A DNA stretch of 64,000 bases. It comes from Candidatus Enterousia sp. Lineage in GTDB: Bacteria > Pseudomonadota > Alphaproteobacteria > Rs-D84. The notes beneath the pieces were generated by a model. The model ran no database searches, was not told the DNA's origin, and worked only from the letters and a program-made list of their open reading frames with translations. Location of the stretch: contig JAZLBQ010000001.1 of assembly GCA_045613785.1 (NCBI GenBank), positions 2,571 to 66,570 on the forward strand. Reading direction: 5' to 3'. Within the stretch, counting starts at the first letter, position 1, and each line of letters starts with the position of its first letter. Below are positions 9,828 to 19,783 of this stretch, in pieces. Made by a program: the position numbers and the translations under genes.

Positions 9828-11981
9828 ATGAAAATTAGAGTCTTGACTGCGTTATTGGCGTTGGTTCCAGGTGTGGCAGTGGCTGCAACCCGTGATGAAA
9901 CAGCACGTATTGGTGTAAATCGTGTCGCTGCTGCTGGTGTGCGTGCACCAACAATGGCTGTGAATATGTCGCCAAATATGAGCGTTGATGTTTCTGTGCC
10001 TGCAAAGAAGGAAGATAAAAATAATTCTGTCGTGGTTCAGCCAGGTGGTGATAAGCCAAGTGGTGGTGATGATTCTGGTGAAGGTAAAGAGCCTGTTATA
10101 AATGTAAATTGTCGTGAGGCATATCGGGCTTGTATGGATGAGTTTTGTTTGTTAGATGAGTCCGAAGGTTATCGTTGTGCTTGTTCGTCTAATATCAATA
10201 AGTCGAAAGATTTAATCAAGGAAATCCAAAAAATTCAAGAAGAGGCGGATAAGTTATATACCGAAGGTGTAGAACGGGAAAATTTGGGGGCAAAAGCACG
10301 CTTGGTCTTTGGTGAAAGTGAGGCGGCTAAGAAAAGTTCTCGTGTGTCGGGGCTTAGTTTCTCGGAGTGGTTGAATTCTGGGGCGATAGATGATGAAGCC
10401 TTGGATACTGATAATGATATTGGTGACGGTTTGTATGCGATGGCTTCTGAATTCTGCTCTGCGGAATTAGAGGGGTGTGCTGATAAAGCTGAAATGGAAG
10501 AGATGTTGTATTCTCGTCAGATTGTTGCAGACTGTAAATCATTTAATTCTTATTTGTCAGAACAGAAAATAAATGCCCAGGCAAATAAACGCACTGCAGA
10601 GGCCGCAGTTCGTCAGGCACGTCTGGCGATGCTGGATACGACTGATAAATATAATCGTGGTGAATGTTTGTTGGCGTATCGGTCCTGTATCGCAGACAAA
10701 GGTGGTTGTGGGGCGAATTTTGAAAACTGTTTAGATGCGGATTTGTTGGGGCGTCGCGCGTATGCCTGTGAAAATGTTTTAGATCAGTGTATGGCGGTCA
10801 GAAATTATGTTTTGCAAGACTGGGAAGCAGAATCAGAATCAATCTTGGTAGATGCGGCAAAGTATGCCGATAAATATCGTCGTCAGACTTGTTTAGCACA
10901 AATTCAGGTTTGTTTGGAAGATGGCTGTTCGACAGGAACTAATTCTGCGTGTTTGACTGATGTCAATGTCGCAGCAGGTGTTTGTCCAATTATTGATGAA
11001 TGTAATGCAATAATCCCTGGTTTAAAAAGTGTAGTAAATGACAAATTAGGTTATCTGCGGACACAATTCTGTCAAAACGATGTTGATGCGTGCTTGCGTG
11101 ATAAGTGCGGTGAAAACTTTACTGCACCAGAGTGTGTCGGTAAAAAAACTTCTGAGATAATCGCAATGTGTCCACAGACAATGTTCCCATCATGCAAAAA
11201 TGAAACTCAGTTTGATATTATTGTGTCGGCTGCTGTTTTGCAGATGGATTATCAGATGTTGCAAGGGTGCGTAAATTATTTTGGCGAACAACTGGGTAAG
11301 GTTTGTGGCACGGATATGGCGTGCTTGCCAACTGATGATGTTGTTGCTGGCTTGATGGAAATTCCTGATTCAGAACAGGGAATGGCAGACTTGCGTGTTA
11401 CGGTTCGTGATAATTCTAAGGCGGCGGTTAATGAATTCTTTAAGCAATTTGAAAAAGATATTACTGTTTCCGCTTGTGTAGATGCAAAAAAACCAGCAGG
11501 TCGCAAGAATTTAGGAGAAAATGTATTTAATACTGCAAAGTTGATTGCTGAAATTGGTGCAGAAAATCGTGCAATGCGTGAACTGGAAGCAAAGATTGCA
11601 GAGTTGTCTCGTCAGCAGGATATAGAAGAGGCCGAAGCAAATTGTTATGCGACATATAAGGTGGAAACACCAGATAAGTCGAGTAAAAATTATAGCTATG
11701 TTCGTAGCGTTGCCTTTGAACCAAGTTTAAGAAATTGTCATGTTTGCCGTATGCAGCAGGTCTGTGAAAAGGGTGGTGAATCCAAGGGAGCAGCTGGTCT
11801 GAAAGGTGCAGCAGGTGGATTGTCAGCTGGGGCTGCGGCAGGAACTATGGTTATGCCTGGCTGGGGAACAGCAATCGGTGGTGTCATCGGTGCAGTCGGT
11901 GGATTGTTCGCAGGACGTAGTGGTGCAGGTGAACAAGAGTTCTGTCAGGAAATCGAAAGTTGCGAAGATATAAATATGTAA
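9828..11981 (+). CDS. Large secreted cysteine-rich protein, paralog family member B (717 aa), with a C-terminal glycine-zipper hydrophobic segment.
   Basis: Signal peptide MKIRVLTALLALVPGVAVAA. Motif CREAYRACMDEFCLLDESEGYRCACS. The blocks MYSRQIVADCKSFN and KYNRGECLLAYRSCIADKGGCGANFENCLD are shared with the ORF at 12004. C-terminal NCHVCRMQQVCEKGG, then a GAAGGLSAGAAAGT...GGVIGAVGGLFAG segment, ending SCEDINM. Confidence 0.8.
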   Translation: MKIRVLTALLALVPGVAVAATRDETARIGVNRVAAAGVRAPTMAVNMSPNMSVDVSVPAKKEDKNNSVVVQPGGDKPSGGDDSGEGKEPVINVNCREAYRACMDEFCLLDESEGYRCACSSNINKSKDLIKEIQKIQEEADKLYTEGVERENLGAKARLVFGESEAAKKSSRVSGLSFSEWLNSGAIDDEALDTDNDIGDGLYAMASEFCSAELEGCADKAEMEEMLYSRQIVADCKSFNSYLSEQKINAQANKRTAEAAVRQARLAMLDTTDKYNRGECLLAYRSCIADKGGCGANFENCLDADLLGRRAYACENVLDQCMAVRNYVLQDWEAESESILVDAAKYADKYRRQTCLAQIQVCLEDGCSTGTNSACLTDVNVAAGVCPIIDECNAIIPGLKSVVNDKLGYLRTQFCQNDVDACLRDKCGENFTAPECVGKKTSEIIAMCPQTMFPSCKNETQFDIIVSAAVLQMDYQMLQGCVNYFGEQLGKVCGTDMACLPTDDVVAGLMEIPDSEQGMADLRVTVRDNSKAAVNEFFKQFEKDITVSACVDAKKPAGRKNLGENVFNTAKLIAEIGAENRAMRELEAKIAELSRQQDIEEAEANCYATYKVETPDKSSKNYSYVRSVAFEPSLRNCHVCRMQQVCEKGGESKGAAGLKGAAGGLSAGAAAGTMVMPGWGTAIGGVIGAVGGLFAGRSGAGEQEFCQEIESCEDINM

Positions 11982-12003
11982 TCTGTTTTTACGGAGAGAG
12001 TTT

Positions 12004-14508
12004 ATGAAAAGAAATATGACTGTTTTATGTTCTGTGTTGTGTGCCCTGGCAATGTTGCCAGGGAACAATGCGTTTGGAGCAACCATCAAAAAAACGACAA
12101 AGCAGTCGGCAATTCAAAAGGGAACTACTGTCAGAGCAAAAACTTCTGCGAATGGGTTGTATGATCAGGCGTGTTATGATGCATATTATGGATGTATGGA
12201 TCAATTTTGTATCTCTGAAAATGAATCAGGTGGCAGTTGTGCATGCAGCGATTTAAATCAGGGCTATAATGAACAGTTGTTGGATATTCAAAAAACTTTG
12301 GCCGAGGCAGAACGTGTCGCAACTGAAGAAGTAGAAAAGGTAAAACTTGGGGCAAATGCTGATATTGTATTTACAGGGACACGTAAATATGATGAAAATG
12401 GTAATTTGCTAGATGTTGATGAAATTGAAACTGAAACAGCGTCTAAGGAAAAAAAACGTGCCGATTTAATGGCGTTGTGGGATGCTAATTTAGGCGAAGA
12501 AGATGAAGATGTCTTTGCTAATGATGTGCTAGATATCGCAGATTTAACTGGTGATGCATTGTATGCAGCTGCTGAAGAGATTTGTTTGGCTCAGGTGCCT
12601 GATTCTTGTGCAAAAGATATGACTTTGTTGAAAAATATGTATTCTCGACAAATTGTTTCGGATTGCAAGGGGTTCGAAAATAGTATTGCACAGAAAAAAG
12701 CAGAGGCTGATTCTGCATTGGCACAGGCAAATGCTGATGTAAGAAGTGCATTAAAGGAATCGCTGGATGCGTCAAACAAGTATGATTTAGGGCAGTGTAT
12801 GGTTCAATTTAAGAACTGTATGAAAACAGATGATGCATGTGGTGAAAATTGGGAAAACTGTGTGTTCACTGTTGCGTCTGAAAATATGCAAAATAATATC
12901 GCAAAAAGCACCGCAGGAACAACAATCGCAACTGTGAATAAATATGATATCACAGAATCTACAATGGAAATTCTAAATTCAAAACGCACTATTTGTGAAA
13001 ATATCCTGGGGCAGTGTGTGAAGGTTCGTGATATGGTTTGGCCTGCTTTCCTGCGTGAGGCTGCACCAACAATCAAGGTGGCAGAAAGTGCGGCAGAATC
13101 TAAATTCCGTCAATCTTGTCTGACAAATATTTCTGGCTGTATTCAAAAGGCTTGTCGTGATGATATTGTCGGACGGGGCGTTGATACAATGGACGCTTGT
13201 CTGTCACGACCAGATATGGTGCGTAGTTTCTGTAAGGTTGAAATCGACCCGTGTGAACGTATGGAACCGTTGATTTGGGGGTATGTAAAAGATAAATTAG
13301 CAGCAATGCGTGTTGATGTTTGCACAAATGAAGTAAAAGAGTGTTTTACAGCAGAAACACGTTGTGGTGAAAATTTCCAGAACTGTATTGGTATGGATTA
13401 TGATTATATTCACGATATTTGTCCAATCGATAGTTTGGTTGTTTGCAAGGCTAATAATCCAGAATTTTCAATGGATGATTTGGATTCTATGTTGATGGGG
13501 CTGTATCTGAATATTGATAATTCAGCATTAGATCAATGTCAAGAACTGGTCGATCGCAAGATGGCAGAAATATGTGGTAGCACAACTGACTGTAATCGAT
13601 TTGCTAGCGATGATACAATTGGAACGGGCAGTTTGCGTTCTCAGAAAGACGGCACAGTTTATCGTGTAACTGGTATGATTTCTTTTGGTTCTATTAAGAT
13701 GGGTGATGCATCAGGACGAATGCTTGATGAGGGAAAGGATGATGCCATAAAGTTGGGGCCGGGTGAAATCGGTGTTGCTGAATATTTGCAGCAAATTCGT
13801 GATCGTAATGTAGGCGTTCAAAATGCAGATGGTATTATTTCAAGTATCGAGGAAGAATTGAATAATATCGCAGGAACAATCAATCGGACAATTGAAATGA
13901 TTGAATCTGACCCTGAAATTCAGTTCTGTGTTAGTGGGCGTGATTTGTCGCAAATTACAGGTAAAAAGGGTAAAACGACGGCTCGTTTCCCAAATCTGTT
14001 GAATCAGGTTAAAATGCAGATTGCGATTGCTGCACTGCGTCAGGCCCAGGATAATTATAATGCAAAATTTAATACCGCTGTTGCAGAGGCAACAAAAGAT
14101 GCATCTGCGGATATTGCACAATATATGTGTCATAAGATGGCGGAAGTAGGTGCAACAACGTTGAAAAGTCCAAATGTTGATTTGGCACCACCATATGCAA
14201 TCAGTTATGATGTTGGCACAGGACTTGTGACAGAAGATTTAACAACCGGTGGACATGCTGTTCAGGATCTGGCCAAGGTTAATTTCAAAAATGGTGGATA
14301 TCTGGGTGGTGCAAAAATGGATATGAATTCGGGGACCAAGGAAACCTCGGCTGTGTTTAATCGTGAGACAAGAACTTGTCATGTTTGCACAACAATAGTA
14401 ACACAAAGTTGTAAAACTACAGGCAGTTCGTCGTGGTTCCATAATAGTCGCAAGATTGACTGTAAAACAAATGATCCGATTGAAAAATGTGAAGATATTC
14501 CAATGTAA
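12004..14508 (+). CDS. Large secreted cysteine-rich protein, paralog family member C (834 aa).
   Basis: Signal peptide MKRNMTVLCSVLCALAMLPGNNAFG. Motif CYDAYYGCMDQFCISENESGGSCACS. Blocks MYSRQIVSDCKGFE and KYDLGQCMVQFKNCMKTDDACGENWENC. C-terminal TCHVCTTIVTQSC...KCEDIPM. It is followed by the terminator at 14511-14545. Confidence 0.8.
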   Translation: MKRNMTVLCSVLCALAMLPGNNAFGATIKKTTKQSAIQKGTTVRAKTSANGLYDQACYDAYYGCMDQFCISENESGGSCACSDLNQGYNEQLLDIQKTLAEAERVATEEVEKVKLGANADIVFTGTRKYDENGNLLDVDEIETETASKEKKRADLMALWDANLGEEDEDVFANDVLDIADLTGDALYAAAEEICLAQVPDSCAKDMTLLKNMYSRQIVSDCKGFENSIAQKKAEADSALAQANADVRSALKESLDASNKYDLGQCMVQFKNCMKTDDACGENWENCVFTVASENMQNNIAKSTAGTTIATVNKYDITESTMEILNSKRTICENILGQCVKVRDMVWPAFLREAAPTIKVAESAAESKFRQSCLTNISGCIQKACRDDIVGRGVDTMDACLSRPDMVRSFCKVEIDPCERMEPLIWGYVKDKLAAMRVDVCTNEVKECFTAETRCGENFQNCIGMDYDYIHDICPIDSLVVCKANNPEFSMDDLDSMLMGLYLNIDNSALDQCQELVDRKMAEICGSTTDCNRFASDDTIGTGSLRSQKDGTVYRVTGMISFGSIKMGDASGRMLDEGKDDAIKLGPGEIGVAEYLQQIRDRNVGVQNADGIISSIEEELNNIAGTINRTIEMIESDPEIQFCVSGRDLSQITGKKGKTTARFPNLLNQVKMQIAIAALRQAQDNYNAKFNTAVAEATKDASADIAQYMCHKMAEVGATTLKSPNVDLAPPYAISYDVGTGLVTEDLTTGGHAVQDLAKVNFKNGGYLGGAKMDMNSGTKETSAVFNRETRTCHVCTTIVTQSCKTTGSSSWFHNSRKIDCKTNDPIEKCEDIPM

Positions 14509-14510
14509 AT

Positions 14511-14545
14511 AAAAAAGCAGGCCCTTTTGGGTCTGTTTTTTTTAT
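14511..14545 (+). terminator. Rho-independent terminator.
   Basis: aaaaaagcaggcccttttgggtctgtttttttt. Confidence 0.6.
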
Positions 14546-14623
14546 GTATTTTTTCCTGGACAATTTTAGATGTTGTTATGTTATAATCGTATTACAAGAA
14601 CGATTTAACCAAAGGGGACGATT

Positions 14624-15010
14624 ATGAAAAAACTTTCAATGGCGGTGTTGGTTGGTGTTATGTCTGTTGGTGCGGCGTTTGCTGAATTTGAAGGGCCAGC
14701 AGCACCTGATGCAGTTGCAACAAATCCTAAGGGTGGTTTTGTTGGCGGTGCAGAAACAATTGTGACGGTAAAGCAAGTAAATGAAATGCGTGATGATGTT
14801 CCTGTGATTGTCAAGGGGCATATTGTTCAGCGTATGGGTGATGAAAAGTATTTGTTTGAGGATTCGACTGGTTCAATTGCTGTGGAAATTGATGAAGATA
14901 ACTGGCGTGGTCAAACGGTAACACCTGCTGATACAGTTAAATTGTATGGCGAGGTTGACCGTGGATTATTCAAAACAGAAATCGATATTGATTATGTTGA
15001 AAAGTTGTAA
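14624..15010 (+). CDS. YgiW/YdeI family periplasmic OB-fold (BOF) protein.
   Basis: Signal peptide MKKLSMAVLVGVMSVGAAFA. The core TVKQVNEMRDDVPVIVKGHIVQRMGDEKYLFEDSTGSIAVEIDEDNWRGQTVTPADTVKLYGEVDRGLFKTEIDIDYVEKL fits the DUF388/BOF pattern. Confidence 0.75.
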   Translation: MKKLSMAVLVGVMSVGAAFAEFEGPAAPDAVATNPKGGFVGGAETIVTVKQVNEMRDDVPVIVKGHIVQRMGDEKYLFEDSTGSIAVEIDEDNWRGQTVTPADTVKLYGEVDRGLFKTEIDIDYVEKL

Positions 15011-15041
15011 AAAAAATCCCCCAGTTGGGGGATTTTTTTTC
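15010..15041. terminator. Family terminator (ATCCCCC stem).
   Basis: aaaaaaaatcccccagttgggggattttttttc. A second hairpin ccccgggcgggg with a T-tract follows at about 15075-15100. Confidence 0.7.
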
Positions 15042-15278
15042 TCTATATGGGGTGCTTTTTTGTATCTTTTGATTTTAACCCCAATCCCCGGGCGGGGGGT
15101 ATTTTTTTATGGGCGGGATAGTTTTGTGCTTGTGACACGATTTGATTATATGGAACGTCAAATAATGATCTGAATTGACTGTAATTTTGGGCAAAATTGC
15201 CCGTTGTGATAATCTTTATCAAATTTTCCTAAGGGCTGGACAGTGTGGGAAAATAGTCGATTTAATGTGTTCGGACTT

Positions 15279-15842
15279 TTATTTGTTTAGGGCGGTGTTG
15301 ATTTCCGCAAAGTTGTCTTTTGCATCGCCAGCAGCATCGATTTCAGAAAACTTTATATCAGGTGCAGTGCGAAGCCATTTTACAGCAGGCATTGTTATTT
15401 TTTGAAAGTTTTCTAATCTGTGTTTGATTATCTTTATTGCAGAGTCATCGGAACGGGTGCTGCCTTCGTTGACACGTTTTTGTATGCGTTTAATCAATGT
15501 TTGTTCGTCTGTATTTAGAAATAATACGTGTATATTGTATTTATTTGCATAATTTTTAACTAGCCATTTTGCTTGACCCAAGGTTCGTGGAAATCCATCT
15601 AAAATGATGTCGGATTTCTTTTTGTCCAGGCGTGGTTGTATTAGCTTGCAGACCAATTCATCTGGAACTAGGTCGCCTCCGGATATCAATTTCCCAATCT
15701 GAGAATTTGCAGGTTCAGCACGCAGCATAGCACCAGCTTCGATATGGTCAAAGTGGCGTTTGGTCATCAGCATTTGTGAAAAAGTTCCCTTGCCAACGCC
15801 GGGGCCACCCATCATAACAATAATTTCTTTCTTTTCAGACAT
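15279..15842 (-). CDS. adk: Adenylate kinase (short form).
   Basis: P-loop MMGGPGVGKGTFSQ. The NMP-binding motif ILDGFPRTLGQAKWL is as in adenylate kinases. I preferred this over cytidylate kinase despite the position next to rpsA. Confidence 0.75.
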   Translation of the reverse strand: MSEKKEIIVMMGGPGVGKGTFSQMLMTKRHFDHIEAGAMLRAEPANSQIGKLISGGDLVPDELVCKLIQPRLDKKKSDIILDGFPRTLGQAKWLVKNYANKYNIHVLFLNTDEQTLIKRIQKRVNEGSTRSDDSAIKIIKHRLENFQKITMPAVKWLRTAPDIKFSEIDAAGDAKDNFAEINTALNK

Positions 15843-15914
15843 AGTGTAATTGTATCATAAAAAACACGGTCGGGCAAGGTTGCACGACCGTGAAACAATT
15901 CATAAATATACAAA

Positions 15915-17630
15915 TTATTTTTTGCTGTTTTCAATCGCAGCACCCAAGATGTCGCCCAAAACAGAACCGCTGTCTGCTTCGTTCGAGAATTCTTTGACTG
16001 CTTGCTTTTCCAGTGTTACCTGCAAAGCACGGATTGACAGTTTAACAGTGTTGTCTTCAACAGATACAACAGATGCTTCGACGCTGTCGCCGATGTTGTA
16101 TTTGCTTGTGTCCTGTTCTGATTTTTCACGAGACAGGTCTGTGCGGCGAATAACGCCACGGATGTCGCCCTGTAATGACAAAATCAATTCGTCTGGTGTG
16201 ATTTCAGATACAGTTCCGCAAACTACTGCACCTTTTTTGATTGCAGCAGCATTGTTTTCGGCACTTTCTGTCAACTGTTTGATGCCCAATGTAACACGTT
16301 CTTTTTCTGGGTTGATGTCCAGAATCTTGGCTGTTACTTCCTGGCCACGAACGAATTTTTTCAATTCTTCTTCGTCCAGTTTGTTCCATGACAAGTCAGA
16401 AATGTGAACCATACCGTCTAATTCTGATGTCAAGGCAACGAACAAGCCAAATTCAGTTGTGTTCTTGATTGGACCTGTGATTACATCGCCAACATTGTGT
16501 GTTTCTGCAAACTGTTTCCATGGATTTGGTTGCAGTTGTTTATAACCCAATGAAATACGACGTTTGTCTTGGTCAATGCCCAATACAACAACGTTTACAT
16601 CCTGACCGTTTTGCAAAACTTTGCTTGGGTGGATGTTCTTGTTTGTCCATGACAATTCTGACATGTGAACCAAACCTTCGATGTTGTTGCCCAAGTCAAT
16701 GAATGCACCGTAATCTGTCAAAGACGATACCTTGCCAGAAACTGTGTCGCCAACGTTGAATGCACGTGATGCTGTTTCCCATGGGTCTTCTTCCAGTTGT
16801 TTCATACCCAATGAGATACGATGTGATTCTGCGTCGAATTGGATAACTTTGACCTGAATCTTTTCGCCAACATGAACCAATTCACGTGGGTGATTTACAC
16901 GCTTCCATGACAGGTCTGTGACGTGCAACAAGCCGTCAATGCCGCCTAAGTCAACGAATACACCATAATCTGTGATGTTTTTAACAGTTCCTTCCAGAAC
17001 TGCACCCAATGAAATGTTCTTCATTGCTTCACGTTGTGCAGCAGCGATTGTGTCAGACTGGATTGCACGGCGTGATACGATGGCGTTTGTGCGTAATGCG
17101 TCCATCTTTAGAACACGGAATTTGTCCTTTAAGCCAATCAAAGATTTTGCATCACGGATTGGTTTATGGTCAACCTGAGATGATGGCATAAATGCAAATA
17201 CGCCATTGATGTCAACTGTAAAGCCACCACGGACAACGTCAATAATTGTTCCTTCTGGATCAATACCTTCGGCAACTGTCTTTTCCAAGTCTTTCCATGC
17301 TTTTTCTGCACGTGCCTTGGTGTATGACAGAACTGCTGTGCCTTCACGAGATTCATAACGTTCAACAAAAACGTCGATGATATCGCCAATGCTTGGAACA
17401 GATGCACCAAATTCTTTTAATGGAACCCGGCCTTCGGATTTCAAGCCAACGTCAACCATTGCGAAATCGCCACGGATATCCTTGACTGTGCCTTTGGTTG
17501 CATAGCCTTGCAATGTTTCCTGAGAGCCATAGTTTGTGTTAAACATCTGGACAAAATCTTCGCCAGATAATGGATTAAATAAATCTTTGGATAAATCTTT
17601 CATAAGAAAATATTCATCAAAGTTTGCCAT
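15915..17630 (-). CDS. rpsA: 30S ribosomal protein S1.
   Basis: The start was moved to ATG 17630 (MANFDEYFLMKDLSKDL). It has six S1 repeats (GTVKDIRGDFAMVDVGLKSEG..., GAVLEGTVKNITDYGVFVDLG..., and others). The ORF-track N-terminal extension MWVGTESIRL is discarded. Confidence 0.9.
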   Translation of the reverse strand: MANFDEYFLMKDLSKDLFNPLSGEDFVQMFNTNYGSQETLQGYATKGTVKDIRGDFAMVDVGLKSEGRVPLKEFGASVPSIGDIIDVFVERYESREGTAVLSYTKARAEKAWKDLEKTVAEGIDPEGTIIDVVRGGFTVDINGVFAFMPSSQVDHKPIRDAKSLIGLKDKFRVLKMDALRTNAIVSRRAIQSDTIAAAQREAMKNISLGAVLEGTVKNITDYGVFVDLGGIDGLLHVTDLSWKRVNHPRELVHVGEKIQVKVIQFDAESHRISLGMKQLEEDPWETASRAFNVGDTVSGKVSSLTDYGAFIDLGNNIEGLVHMSELSWTNKNIHPSKVLQNGQDVNVVVLGIDQDKRRISLGYKQLQPNPWKQFAETHNVGDVITGPIKNTTEFGLFVALTSELDGMVHISDLSWNKLDEEELKKFVRGQEVTAKILDINPEKERVTLGIKQLTESAENNAAAIKKGAVVCGTVSEITPDELILSLQGDIRGVIRRTDLSREKSEQDTSKYNIGDSVEASVVSVEDNTVKLSIRALQVTLEKQAVKEFSNEADSGSVLGDILGAAIENSKK

Positions 17631-17750
17631 CGCCAAATCTTTGTTTTTTATAGCGAGGACTTGTGGGGTTAGTCGGATTGATTCTGTGCCCACCCACAAA
17701 ATCAGTGTAATTATATATAACTTTATGATTTTTGCAAGTTTTTATTGGAT

Positions 17751-17774
17751 AAAAAAATCCCCGCAGGTGCGGGG
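17751..17774 (-). terminator. Rho-independent terminator for the minus-strand hydrolase gene.
   Basis: ccccgcaggtgcgggg, a 6-bp GC stem. On the minus strand it is followed by a T7 tract (aaaaaaa on plus, 17751-17757). Confidence 0.65.
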
Positions 17775-17779
17775 AAGGA

Positions 17780-18859
17780 TTAGTCTATTTTGACAGGAAC
17801 TATCGTTTGCTTCTTGGCTGTGTCCAGTGAGTGATATTGGAACGGAACAGATGCAAAATTTATCTCTTTCATGTCCAGACTGCGGACTGTGCGATTATAC
17901 ATCGTATGATAGTATATAACCATATCTTTTAGGTCTGTGGCAACAGTCCACTGGGTGGCCGAAGGCATATTGTTTGGGGCAGTACCTACTGCAAACTGAA
18001 CGCCCAGGGGAACGTCAAAGTTGTTCAGGATATGAAAGGCCTGTTGAATTGTGTCGTATGCATTATCTTGCTGTAAAGAGTAGGTTTTTAAGAATGCTGC
18101 ACGGACAAAGCGTGATGGTGGTGTAAAGTCGCCTGGCAAGCCCAAGAATCCAGAACCAGAACCGAATGAACGCAGTTTAATTGGACCGAACTCGGTTGGG
18201 CCAGCACCACCAGGATGCAGGTTTACATAGTTGTTCAGGTTCGTTAGTTGCCATTGGAATCCTGGGGAATTGGTCAGGACGCCGACTTCGTTTTCGTAAA
18301 AGTTTGGAATGCCATTTACAATTTCCAAGACAACTTGGCGACCATTGGGTTCGGTTATTCGCCAATGGACCGTGCCGGCATTTGGATCAACGTTTATGAT
18401 ACGGACATCATTGATGGCTGCTTTGACTTGGTCGATTGTGGCAAAGCGTGATAATATCCAAGATACAACCTGGAAATCAGCCAAGGATATGTCTTTGTTG
18501 GCTTCGTTATATGGTTCGTAACTGCCGTAGTTTGGAAAGTAAAACAGGGCGGCAGACAGACCGGCTTCGTTTGTGCCGTCGATTATAAATTCAGGCTGTT
18601 CGGTTGCGATGCCGGCATATCCATAGAGTGATGTAAATGACAGGCCGTTCATTGTGCCGTCTGGCAGTAATGATTGGGCAGCATGCCCACGTGGAACAAT
18701 GACATACATATTGTTGTTTTCAGAACCTGACCAGTCCATTGTTCGGGCAACAACAGTTGTGTTGTCTAGTGATTTTAATGTGATGCCTGTGCAGGCGTTT
18801 GATGATTGAATCAGTGCAAGGCACATGGTTAGTGTGGATAAAAATAGTAAATGTTTCAT
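17780..18859 (-). CDS. Choloylglycine hydrolase / penicillin V acylase family Ntn-hydrolase (linear amide C-N hydrolase).
   Basis: A signal peptide is followed directly by the nucleophile Cys (SSNACTGITLKSLDNTTVVARTMDWSG), as in the CBAH family. 359 aa, typical for the family. Confidence 0.7.
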   Translation of the reverse strand: MKHLLFLSTLTMCLALIQSSNACTGITLKSLDNTTVVARTMDWSGSENNNMYVIVPRGHAAQSLLPDGTMNGLSFTSLYGYAGIATEQPEFIIDGTNEAGLSAALFYFPNYGSYEPYNEANKDISLADFQVVSWILSRFATIDQVKAAINDVRIINVDPNAGTVHWRITEPNGRQVVLEIVNGIPNFYENEVGVLTNSPGFQWQLTNLNNYVNLHPGGAGPTEFGPIKLRSFGSGSGFLGLPGDFTPPSRFVRAAFLKTYSLQQDNAYDTIQQAFHILNNFDVPLGVQFAVGTAPNNMPSATQWTVATDLKDMVIYYHTMYNRTVRSLDMKEINFASVPFQYHSLDTAKKQTIVPVKID

Positions 18860-18931
18860 TTGTTTCCCCCTTTGACAGAATTATTTATGTTTTAGTGGGG
18901 GTAGGGCAATAGGAAGCATTGCCAGGGGATT

Positions 18932-19468
18932 TTAGGCGTTTAGCACAGGTCGCCAAATTTCCATAACAGCATCATGGTTGGCATAGGTGTCCAGGAATTG
19001 AATAAGATTGTTTATCAAATCAATTTGGTGTGATGACCAGTTGTATTTGGGGTTCTTTAAGATAACATTGTCAAAGTATTTTTGGACAGTATAGTCGTGT
19101 TTATCTTCGTGGGTGATAAAGCGTTGTTCAAAACTGGCACTGTGCCAATCACATACCATTTCGACAAGTGTTATGTCGTTGATTTTACTGACGTCGCAAT
19201 AGTGTTCTAAGTGATGTGGTTGCATGCGGTGATGTTCGGCGTGCATTTGGCGGAATAGGTCCAGATTGGCTTTTGGGATATTGTATTCGGGGTGATAACG
19301 GAAATAAATTCTGAATGCGTATGCGGTTTGCATTGGACCAGACATTTTGTCGTTATCATGTTCGGGAAAGTGGTATCCCAACAGGCCTGCAAAATAATTC
19401 AGGCTATTTATGTGTGCGCTGGTTCTGATTTTATGAAATTCGTAAATTGTGTCGATTGATATTTGCAT
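18932..19468 (-). CDS. Hypothetical His-rich protein (178 aa).
   Basis: Intact ORF with clustered His residues (HAEHHRMQPHHLEH, HDNDK). I cannot assign a family with confidence. Confidence 0.45.
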   Translation of the reverse strand: MQISIDTIYEFHKIRTSAHINSLNYFAGLLGYHFPEHDNDKMSGPMQTAYAFRIYFRYHPEYNIPKANLDLFRQMHAEHHRMQPHHLEHYCDVSKINDITLVEMVCDWHSASFEQRFITHEDKHDYTVQKYFDNVILKNPKYNWSSHQIDLINNLIQFLDTYANHDAVMEIWRPVLNA

Positions 19469-19514
19469 AACTGGTATTTTATCATATTTTTTTGTGTTTT
19501 TTATGTGAAAAAAT

Positions 19515-19563
19515 TTCTACTTGCATTGGGGCATAGTTTAACGGTAGAACTCCGGACTCTGAC
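19515..19563 (+). pseudogene. Truncated pseudo-copy of the tRNA-Gln promoter -35 element plus the tRNA 5' half (acceptor 5' strand, D-arm and anticodon stem-loop up to the CUG anticodon loop).
   Basis: ttctacttgcat-TGGGGCATAGTTTAACGGTAGAACTCCGGACTCTGAC is identical to tRNA-Gln positions 1-38 at 24432-24468. The -35 TTGCAT is fused directly to the tRNA. The 31-nt -10/leader segment is deleted between short TTGG direct repeats. Homology ends in the anticodon loop at 19563. Confidence 0.7.
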
Positions 19564-19783
19564 AACCTATATGCTACACAACAAAAAATCCCAGATTCCC
19601 GCATATTACAGATTGAATCACGGGCAAAATGGCCGTTTAACATTTGTGCATATCACTGCATACAGGCTGGTTTAAGTTGGTTTGTATATGGTTTCAGTTT
19701 TACATATTTTTTACACAGGAAAAGTGTTGCAAAAGCATATCAATGTGTTCAGAAATTAAACCCGCCAATCGGTGGGTGTTTTT

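Noticed and set aside
15279-15842. I considered that the kinase gene downstream of rpsA might be cytidylate kinase (cmk), given the classic cmk-rpsA linkage.
   Set aside because: The motif DGFPRTLGQA and the overall P-loop context match adenylate kinase rather than CMP kinase. It also lies downstream, not upstream, of rpsA.
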